A program made the position numbers and the translations under genes. Below are positions 24,701 to 33,440 of a DNA stretch of 64,000 nt, piece by piece. The stretch comes from Naegleria gruberi. Lineage: Eukaryota. The stretch's first letter is position 1. Each line of letters begins with the position of its first letter. The notes beneath the pieces were generated by a model. The model saw only the letters and a list, made by a program, of their open reading frames with translations. It was not told the DNA's origin and ran no database searches. The stretch lies in the NCBI GenBank assembly GCA_000004985.1, contig GG738856.1. One strand, written 5' to 3'.

Positions 24701-25323
24701 CCTCTCCTAGCTATTGTAAATAAATCCTGTTCTGCATTCACTATAAAGTAGGAATGAAGATGTTGTTGATTGGTATTGTTATTATTGTTCATGTAGCTAT
24801 CTGTTAATATATTGATATTGAAAATAGTCGATACGAGTAGATAGTAAATACATATTAAATAGGTAAAAATTAGAATAGTTCGTCCTATGAGTGAATATTT
24901 TCCAATAATTGTTGTTGTTGTTGTTGGTGATGATAAATTATATTTTGGTGGTGATTGTTCATCTACTTCTTTAGAATGATGGTGATGAAGGTAGTTTACA
25001 AAATTTTCTTGTTTCCTCAGGGAAACATTCTCGCAACAATTGTAGCAAATAGTATTGCTATTATTATAAAAGCTCGTATTCTTATTCATATTATTCATAT
25101 TATTATTATTGATGGTAGCAGTATTATTAAAACTAGTTATTGATGAAAAATCCGAGCGGATACATTCATGATCATCAAGTTTGGGACGTCCACTCAATGG
25201 ACAGATTTTTATACTCTTGTNCAAACTCAACGACTCTACCTCTATCTTCTCCTTCTCCTCCTGTACTCTTGTTTTGTTCTTGATTAAAAAAGTTGGCGCC
25301 ATTTCTTGTTCCGGTTTCTTCAA
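21788..25323 (-). CDS. type-II membrane protein with an RCC1-repeat beta-propeller and C-terminal EGF-like modules. The C-terminus is truncated by the gap. An upstream Q/N/H-rich ORF at 25320..25661 in another frame may be an N-terminal extension.
   Basis: One TM (IGRTILIFTYLICIYYLLVSTIF). Multiple RCC1 repeats (YxxGxNxxGQLG). EGF-like Cys patterns CSGLDRSYSSVCSANGTCV...CMCNAGYTGENC. A GNGNGNNG run. Confidence 0.7.
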
Positions 25324-27312
25324 TTCTTCTTTAGCTTGCTGCTACCGCTAGTTGTATTATTATTATTTGGTGGTAACAACAACAATGATGATGTTGAATA
25401 GTGTTGTTGTTGTTGTTGTTGTTGGTTATTATGTAAATTCATGATTGCGGAAGAATTAATTACATGATGATGATGGTTAATATTGTGGAAGGAGTTTAAA
25501 TTATTTAATGTTGAAGAATTTGCAGAGAAACAATTAATGTGATTGTTCTCCATTCTCATGGTTAGATGTTGTTGTTGTTTATCGTTGGGTGATGAATATG
25601 CTTGATGTTCATCCGTGTTGTTGTTCTCATGAGAATGACATTGCCCAACGCCAGCCGTCATTTTATTTTTAATTAATTTGAAAGGAAGAACATTCCATTT
25701 TGTGCCAAGATCTTCTGAGATTCAACGTCTCGTTCAAGGTTGGTTGGACAGTTGGTAAGGCATAATAGTGTTTACAAATTTTGAATGTGTTTCTATTGGT
25801 TGAATGCTATTAACTATTATATTATATTATCTAGATTGTTAAATATTATTATTTTTGGAATGAGGTTTGCAAATTGTGACCTATTCGTGCGATTAATTCG
25901 ATGAATGAAACAGTTGGGTCAACCTAATGAGAGTTTACAATATTCATCCTTAACTATTTTTCAAATTTGGAAATATGACATTTGTAACCAATAATATTAT
26001 TTTCATTATTATTAAGAAAATGCAAAAAAATTACTCACAATCTACAGTTTCAAACTAAACTGTAGATTTACATATTCATTTCCAGTACAATCACCCAAGA
26101 TAATAACCCTCAAACAAGATAACAATTGGAAATTTAGTCTAATCACTACTTGAAATGAATCACCGAGAATTTGATATTTCAAAATTGGCAGCCCCAAATT
26201 ATTGTCCTTACTTTTCTAAATTTTGAAGGAGGATTCCCAATTCCATTGAAATAGAGGCGAATAGCAATTTGAGGAAATTATATCAATCCAAATCTAATGT
26301 TTTCAATTGTTCCAACCATTAATTGATGACAAAACATTACAAAATTGATAAACACATCACGACTGGTTGTTTCCTATTGAATGCATGAATCACTCTTACA
26401 ATGGGAGGTTTTCTTTCCTTTAGGAAGATTGGATAACAAATACTATCATGGTATTCAAGACGAATTGAGACGTTTTTAATTTTGGAAGTTGATTGTTTAA
26501 GAAATCTTTTACTAGAATGGATGTCAGATAGCACTGTTTCTTCTAAATTGTTTTTGAGACATGATGTAATCGCAAGAATGTAAAAAACTTACTCCGTTCC
26601 ATTCGAATTGAGTAGGGTAACCCCACTTGCCTCTGTTACATTGCATCTTTAAATAATTTATTTAACAGTATTATTTAAACGTTGGATACTACAACATGAA
26701 TAATACAATGCTAACATTAGCATCAAGAATTGCTCAATATAGATATTAGCCAAAAAAACATGGTTTATTATCTATTGCACCTGAAGATGATCGTAACTGA
26801 ACTTTTTCATGTCAGAGCGAAGGGGTTTAAAATGTGAGTTGCATTCACATAGAATTGACTTTATTGAGGTGCATCTGGCGGTAAACAGTTCGATATCGAC
26901 TGGACCAATTCATCTTTTTTGGATAGTTTAATTGTGTACAACCTTATTATTCAGCAAAAACTAGCCCTACGTAGGAAATTTGCTTAGTCCTCAACATGCG
27001 AACATGCTTCTGTACTTGACAGATGTTATTTTTAATTCACTAAATCTGCAATCCTTCATCAAATTAGACAGTCATGGATTGTGTTGGGATCACAGATTAG
27101 ACCAGGCACTTGTGCGCATGTGTCAGGTTTTTGGCTTTTGTGGCTCAAACAAGTTTTAAATATTGTGTGGGAAAAACTCTCAGAGGAGAAAAACAATTTC
27201 AAAACAAATTGCATCACAGCAATCTTCTCTTGTAAACAACAGCGTTTCGAATAGTGGAAAAGAGATAACAACAACGACAATAGTAATACAGTTCTTGTTA
27301 CAATTCAGTATT

Positions 27313-28293
27313 ATGGCATTCCTACTTTGTGATACAAACAACTTGTTCGATTTCTTACAAGTGCGCAATTCTTCCAATTCTATTGAAGCCAATGGACAAC
27401 CAATACATCATACAAACATTGACTTAATAGATGACACAAACATGTTTGACGATTGGTTCCATTGTGAAGATGAAAATCAACTGAATTCATCTCAACTCGA
27501 GTCTTCACAACATTCCTCTCCACCAAATGCCAAACCAACGAGCTCAAAAACGGCACATGCCAAACCAAAACAAATGAATACAGACTATCTGTATGGAGTC
27601 ATTGATCATGTGCTGCAAGATACCAAGTCAGAAATTGGGTTGAAATGGAGCATGTTGGAATGCTCTTCACAACTGGTCGACAGCTCTATTCAATCACCAC
27701 TCTCCGATTCGACACTAAGTATAAACAATGTCACTCCTAAAGAGAATTATGGAAGAAGTAGGTCAGGTTCAAGTAATACTACCAATACCACCACATGTAA
27801 CACTATCAATAGTAATCAATCCCAAGATATTGAATCGACGCAAACTACTACATTTAACAATATTTCAGAGTTTAATAATACTGTTGGTGATCATTTCATG
27901 CAGAATATGACAACATGTTTTGACAAGAATAATTATGTAAGCTATACTCAACCAACATGTATGCAACAACGAAAGATTAAAAAGAGCCAAAAGAAAAGGT
28001 CGAAAAGCATACAGTTTATTAGTGAGGAGGGAAATTCGTATCCACTTCAACTTGAATCATTTAATTGTTCACTAAGTAACTCTCCACTCAATAGAAATAA
28101 TCTCTCTGTTAAAAGTAACAAACGAAAGTCAATGTTCAATCAACCTTTCCAAAAGACAACCAAAGAGGAAAACCCAAATTCTTACAAGATTCGATTTTCA
28201 CACAATGTTTTTGAAGAGATCACCTTTAAAAACACAAATCCCTCTCAAAAATTCTACAAATTCAATGGAATTGGAGAAGATAAAATAAATTAA
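27313..28293 (+). CDS. hypothetical S/N/T-rich protein. Member of a two-copy family; the paralog is at 56046..57125.
   Basis: Shared blocks: YGVIDHVLQDTKSEIGLKWSM vs YQLIDEALKDTQSSLGLIWSKF, and C-terminal YKIRFSHNVFEEITFKN vs YKVRFGPNMFDEISIKKN. Confidence 0.5.
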   Translation: MAFLLCDTNNLFDFLQVRNSSNSIEANGQPIHHTNIDLIDDTNMFDDWFHCEDENQLNSSQLESSQHSSPPNAKPTSSKTAHAKPKQMNTDYLYGVIDHVLQDTKSEIGLKWSMLECSSQLVDSSIQSPLSDSTLSINNVTPKENYGRSRSGSSNTTNTTTCNTINSNQSQDIESTQTTTFNNISEFNNTVGDHFMQNMTTCFDKNNYVSYTQPTCMQQRKIKKSQKKRSKSIQFISEEGNSYPLQLESFNCSLSNSPLNRNNLSVKSNKRKSMFNQPFQKTTKEENPNSYKIRFSHNVFEEITFKNTNPSQKFYKFNGIGEDKIN

Positions 28294-28937
28294 TTCATTT
28301 CAGATTTTAAAATCGAATAGAGAAGTACATTATGAAATTTTCCATGATAGAATTCATCCTGCCTCAACAAGCCCTCCTTTACACATCCAATTCTCTCACA
28401 AATTTTAATGCTTTTCAAATTATCCTCTGCAACTCTGAATGTAATCTTATTGAGAGGAGATTTAATGGGTGAATTATCCAATTTTTGAAAGAGTTCTTTA
28501 CAAAAACATTGAACAGATCTTGTGGCAATTCCCTTTCCTTGAAATTCTTCACCAATCCAATAACCAATTTCACAATTACAATTCGACTTGTCAAAATTTT
28601 GAACTGCAATCACACCTGCTAATTGATTTTTATACCAAATACCACTTGTTAATACTGTTCGTTCATCTCCAATTAAATATCTAGAATTACTTCCATCAAT
28701 AAACATTTTCACTCCGAATGATGAAGAGATGGACGAAATGCTTGGAATAAACTCGAGAAGAAAGTCAAAGTTTTTCATTATTAATTGTTCAAGAGTTAAA
28801 AGATCAGCCTGTGTCAGGTTTTTCAATGTGATCTCTTCGTCCACTGTGCGACAGTAATAGATTGAAGACATTTGTTTTTGACATGAAAAACAATTACACG
28901 TCAAAACAAAATTGCAAGAAGTAAGAAATGGATTCAT
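28290..28937 (-). CDS. GNAT-family N-acetyltransferase (RimJ/RimL-like)
   Basis: GYWIGEEFQGKGIATRSV is GNAT motif A. The C-terminal ...KSIKICERIGCVKEGLLRQDEFYHGKFHNVLLYSIL is typical of RimL-type enzymes. Alternative ATGs at 28937 and 28871. Confidence 0.75.
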   Translation of the reverse strand: MNPFLTSCNFVLTCNCFSCQKQMSSIYYCRTVDEEITLKNLTQADLLTLEQLIMKNFDFLLEFIPSISSISSSFGVKMFIDGSNSRYLIGDERTVLTSGIWYKNQLAGVIAVQNFDKSNCNCEIGYWIGEEFQGKGIATRSVQCFCKELFQKLDNSPIKSPLNKITFRVAEDNLKSIKICERIGCVKEGLLRQDEFYHGKFHNVLLYSILKSEMN

Positions 28938-28975
28938 TGAATTATTGTTTATTTGATAAAGTTGGTGAAGCAACA

Positions 28976-29049
28976 GCCTTCCTAGCTCAGTTGGCAGTAG
29001 CGCTGTCCTAGTAAGACAGAGGTCTTGGGTTCGATTCCCAAGGGAGGCA
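28976..29049 (+). tRNA. tRNA-Thr (anticodon AGT), copy 1
   Basis: Acceptor GCCTTCC/GGGAGGC, TAGCTCAGTTGG D-loop, anticodon loop CTAGTAA, GGTTCGATTCC T-arm, TTCTTTT terminator. Identical to the copy at 33310. Confidence 0.9.
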
Positions 29050-29074
29050 TTCTTTTACTTAATTTTGAATTATA

Positions 29075-29182
29075 GAAACGTTCTCCGAGTGCTTTGAGAA
29101 CGATCTTCTTGCTGCTTTCCTTACATGAAAATGTTGTGAAATCATGAAAATGTTGTGAAATCTCATTGCTCACTTTGCTCAA
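29075..29182 (-). pseudogene. diverged duplicate of the 3' coding end of gene 33441..35072 (IVLKALGERFYNS vs AILKALRERFYQNS)
   Basis: Together with the tRNA-Thr, this forms a duplicated block. The sequence aacgttctccgagtgctttgagaacg here matches aacgttctctaagtgctttgagaatg at 33463..33492. Confidence 0.5.
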
Positions 29183-29203
29183 TTGAAAATTGTAAAACTG
29201 GTG

Positions 29204-31375
29204 TTAGTTTATTTCAACTAAATTTTCTAGAATCCAACAAACAACGCTTTCTGCCAAAACTTTGTCCATATATTTGTTCTTTTCAAGCACTCCTTCCACT
29301 AGTTCGTTGAATTTTGGGTTATTCGTGATTATTCGACGAACAATGTTGTCTATTTCACGTTTGGTGATTGAGAACATTTCATGCTCATTACTATCTAAAC
29401 AAAGCACTTTCTCAAGTAATTTAATTAGGTCAGAATGTTGCCATTGTAAAAGGTTTGATTTGTCCAAAAGAGTGTTATCAACATGGAAGTATCCCTTTGA
29501 TCTAATAAAAGAAGTTGATTTGGGAATTTTAAAGGTGTGTTTCTTTTGCGGAGATTCAATTGTTAAGATACGATTATTATCCATAGATATTCTCATATTG
29601 TCTATGTATTTCTCATTGTTCGGTTCGAGAATTGGAACGGTGTGGCTTTCCACATATCTGGTAGTACTGTCAAAATTAATACCAAGGTTCACAAAAGTTT
29701 TCCCTGTACCTTGAAACTTCTGTTGATACTGTCTATCTTCTATTTGTTGCAAAGTTATTGGTGCAGTACTATACAGTTTTATCTCGACTACCCATACAAA
29801 GGTCTCTTCCTCAATGACAAGATCAATAGTTCCAGTATTGATAGGGTGTTCGCAGGAAACTTTATACCCCATAAGAGACATTAGCTTTATAAAGGCATGT
29901 ATGATAATAAGCCTCAAACTTGACAATTCTCCAAGTGTGTGCATAGGGCAAACATGTAAAAAATGATTTTAGCTGATCTGCAAAACCATCACTGTCATTT
30001 GATCTAATATATTCTTGACAAACCCTGGCATGTTCTAACATCAGGTGTTCTTTGTTTTTTTCTACAAGGGCTTCAATAAAGGTAGACTTGACTTCCATGT
30101 TTGGGAAATCTAAATAATATCCATTTCCTTTTTTGCAAATAGTAAGAAGTCCAAGTTGTACTAGAAATGGTCCTGGAATAAATGTATTGGATGAAATAGA
30201 TACTGGTTCAAACCTGTCAAAGTTAGTTTCTGATATGGATGTATCTTTCCAACTTGCAATATCTACGCATTCTGCCCATGGCTTCTCACCAATGTATGTT
30301 GGTCTTCCATGCCTTATCCAGTAGGGTTTAAATTGGGTGCTTTGCTCCTTCAATAATTCGTTGATGTCAAATGGATTGAGTACTGTTGCATCAGAGCTAA
30401 ACGAAAAGCAATATCCATTATAGTATTCCACAATATCATCAATTAATTTTGATACAGATTGACCCTTTTTACAAGCTAGTGCTTCCAGATAATCACTAAA
30501 GTAGGTTTTCAAATCCTCTCTTGTATATCCATAAAGTGTGGAGGTTAGTGGCAGACTGGATACATCTTTTAAATGGTTTGCAGCTGAGAAGTGTAAGGTC
30601 TTGGTAAATTTGGCTACACCGGTGACAATGAATTTTGAAACGTTTCTATTATTCTTTACCTCATTGAAAAATTGTGACAACAGTTCAGAATTGTTTTTGA
30701 TTTGAAGCAATTCCTCCTCAGTGTGATCTTTCTCAATATACTTTACAATTGGAATGTCATACTCATCAACTAACACTGCAATTTTGCATCCTTGATTTGT
30801 TAGAGTGTTTACAACACGATTAAATTCCAATAACACAGTTTTCAGCTTGAAAGATTCGTTCATCTGTTCCACAGTTATTCCATATTTGTTGCAAACATCT
30901 TCAATGCCAAGAATTAAGTGTACAACAACGTCCCCAGCATTTTGAGCAAAGTTAAACCTAAATACAGCATGCTTGGTCCACTCTCTTTCTCTGTTCGTAC
31001 AAATCTTCAATCCCTCAAACAAATGTTTGGATCCCTCAAGAACTAGAGAGTAAATAATTGTAATTAAAACCTACTATGTAACATTATTTCCAAGATTAAT
31101 GACTTTCCAAACTTTCTAGGTCTTGCAATGAATATAGAGGAGGAAAATTCCAACATATCATGAATAACATCTGTTTTATCAACATATACCATCTTTTTGT
31201 TAATGATATCTAAAAAATTCTCAGAAGATACAGGAATCTTGTTTACATCAATGGTCGGTGCTGATGATTTCATCTCCTGATCGGTGGCTGGGGTTTCTTC
31301 AAGCTTTCGTCTTTTAGGTTGCACAATAACTCGCCTAACCTTCCCTGACCGAACGGGACCTTTTTGCTCAAGCAT
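29204..31375 (-). CDS. prokaryote-type predicted AAA-ATPase (PF09820-like N-terminal domain) fused to a PD-(D/E)XK nuclease domain (PF08011/DUF1703-like). Three ORFs are joined by one 32-nt intron (31043..31074) and one apparent 1-nt frameshift near 29900.
   Basis: YVDKTDVIHDML, FIARPRKFGKSLILEIML (Walker A) and LFEGLKICTNREREWTKHAVFRFNFA. The mid-domain has AVLVDEYDIPI. C-terminal YYH(A/T)FIKLMSLMGYKVSCEHPINTGTIDLVIEEETFVWVVEIK is the DUF1703 core. A basic extension SGKVRRVIVQPKRRKLEE lies at the N-terminus. The intron gtaggtttta...ctctag restores frame exactly. Confidence 0.7.
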
Positions 31376-31574
31376 TTTTTTTAAAATAATTTTAATTAAG
31401 GTTAAAACTAATGGCGGGAAAATGTGTCCATCAATGATTATTTCTTCTTGAAAAAATACTTCCTACCTGTTTAATATTAACAGTTTCAGATTTTTCAGTT
31501 TTAAATATAGTGGAACTTTCCAATGTTTCAAATATATTTAATAAATTAAATATTATTAAAATATTATTAAAAAA

Positions 31575-32579
31575 ATGAGCAAACGAATCAGACAAGATTT
31601 TGAAAATCATCAATTCATTAATTCGGAGGAAATATTCACTAATGATAATAATAATAATACGGAAGAGAAAGTAAAAAAGGTTGTGAAATTCGAACAAGAA
31701 ATATTTTCAGATGACATTTGTTTTGAAATAATTTCCATGATTGATAATTCGTGGTTTATTTTAAATAATTGTACTTTAATTTCAAAACAATTCTTTAATG
31801 TGATCAAGGAACGTTCAAAACTTTTTATTCAATTTAATAAGAAATTAACAAAGAAACAATTTCAATTATTTTTGAAAAGTCAATTTATGAATTGTATTGT
31901 TAATGTTACATTTTCTAGTTGGTTGCTTCACTCTTTGGAAGAAGCCAAATTCATAAGTGAAATGAAACAGTTGATATCACTTAATATTTCTGGCAATGAA
32001 TTTGGTGATGAAGAAGCCAAATTGATAAGTGAAATGAAACAATTAACATCACTTGATATTTCTGGCAATCGAATTGGTGATGAAGGAGCCAAATATCTAA
32101 GTGAAATGAAACAGTTGATATCACTCAATATTGGTGAAAATGAAATTGGTGATGAAGGAGCCAAATTGATAAGTGAAACCAGACAATTAGCATCACTTAA
32201 TATTTGTTTCACTCAAATTGGTATAGAAGAAGCCAAATTGATAAGTGAAATGAGACAATTAACATCACTTAATATTTCTGACAATCGAATTTGTGTAGAA
32301 GGAGCCAAATGGATAAGTGAAATGAGACAATTAACATCACTTGATATTTCTGGTAATCGAATTGGTGATGAAGGAGCCAAAACCATAAGTGAAATGAAAC
32401 AATTAACATCACTTGATATTTCTTACAATCGAATTGGTGATGAAGGAGCCAAATTCATAAGTGAAATGAAACAGTTGATATCACTCAATATTCGTGGCAA
32501 TCGAATTGGTGATGAAGGAGTCAAATATATAAGTGAAATGAAACAATTAACATCACTTACATATAAGGGATTAAATTGA
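31575..32579 (+). CDS. F-box/LRR (RNI-type) protein; the C-terminal end is possibly truncated or frameshifted
   Basis: IFSDDICFEIISMI...LISKQFF F-box-like, then about 9 repeats of ISEMKQLTSLDISGNRIGDEGAK. Confidence 0.75.
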   Translation: MSKRIRQDFENHQFINSEEIFTNDNNNNTEEKVKKVVKFEQEIFSDDICFEIISMIDNSWFILNNCTLISKQFFNVIKERSKLFIQFNKKLTKKQFQLFLKSQFMNCIVNVTFSSWLLHSLEEAKFISEMKQLISLNISGNEFGDEEAKLISEMKQLTSLDISGNRIGDEGAKYLSEMKQLISLNIGENEIGDEGAKLISETRQLASLNICFTQIGIEEAKLISEMRQLTSLNISDNRICVEGAKWISEMRQLTSLDISGNRIGDEGAKTISEMKQLTSLDISYNRIGDEGAKFISEMKQLISLNIRGNRIGDEGVKYISEMKQLTSLTYKGLN

Positions 32580-33309
32580 GTGAAGGTTAAGCTTTCCAGA
32601 TCCCCAGTTTGAAATTTTTTTCTCATCCCTTAGTAACACTTTGATAAGTTATGGAATAATGTTTCATTTCTTCAAACAACACGGATCAATCTTCAGTATT
32701 GAGATTGCAAGTATGAAAGAATGACTGTTGAAAATGTCGATTCCTATCCTCCTCCATTATTATTCCATCCAAGCAAGATTTGAACAGGGCAATACATGAG
32801 GGCAGAGGGAGGTAAAAACATGGGGTGTGTAATTTTTATGACTTCCCTTATTGAATGATTGGAAGAATGTTTCACGTATTGTTTCGGTTTCCTTGAGTTT
32901 AATCTAGTAAGGAAATTTCTGCTTCCTAAGATAAAAATAATATTCCGTATGAGCGTGAAAAATTTTAAAGCAAAATCAACAACAAACTATTCCAAGACAA
33001 TTTTCTTATCCAAATTGGAGAGAAACTTCATTCAATGATTATCAATATCCAACATTTTGAAATACTGTTAAAAAAATTCCACTTTTGATTTCTCATTTCT
33101 CCACAATCAAAATTTATGTTTTTGATTGAATAGTGCTTCAAACGTTTTGAGATTTGAAATTGATTCTAATCATAAGAGAAGGATATTTTCCAAACCCTAA
33201 ACACGCTAAAAGCAATCAACTCATTGAGTAATGAAAGAAACCAATTCAGTGCTGTACATTAATATTTGTTTGTTGAAATTTCAGTGAGAGCTCAAAAGGC
33301 GAAGCAACA

Positions 33310-33383
33310 GCCTTCCTAGCTCAGTTGGCAGTAGCGCTGTCCTAGTAAGACAGAGGTCTTGGGTTCGATTCCCAAGGGAGGCA
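33310..33383 (+). tRNA. tRNA-Thr (anticodon AGT), copy 2
   Basis: Identical 74-nt sequence to 28976..29049, including 10 nt of 5' flank. Confidence 0.9.
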
Positions 33384-33440
33384 TTCTTTTACGGTGAAAT
33401 CCTCTACATTGTTTTGCATTTTTTTTTATCAATTCTTCTT

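Noticed and set aside
26780-26900. Segment ...ggcggtaaacagttcgatatcgactggaccaattcatctttttt, with a T-arm-like GTTCGA motif and a T-run, considered as a tRNA or Pol III ncRNA
   Set aside because: No acceptor or anticodon arms can be paired. It does not match 5S or U6 consensus either.
29075-29104. Palindromic cgttctc(N10)gagaacg element downstream of both tRNA-Thr copies, considered as a conserved regulatory hairpin or external B-box
   Set aside because: It lies inside the duplicated coding fragment (encoding KALRERF). It does not match the GGTTCGANTCC B-box. It is more simply explained by the segmental duplication.
31043-31074. Whether the 32-nt element in the ATPase-nuclease gene is an intron or just a second frameshift
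   Set aside because: It is kept as an intron call in features. It begins GTAGGT and ends TAG. It restores frame exactly. It yields the linker length expected for the family. Verified 44-nt GTAAGT/GTATGT introns exist nearby (45073..45116 and 45233..45276). The residual uncertainty is stated in the findings.
31928-32626. Antisense ORFs 31928..32212(-) and 32423..32626(-), and similar ones opposite the other LRR genes
   Set aside because: These are open frames created by the repetitive LRR DNA on the opposite strand of a well-supported sense gene.
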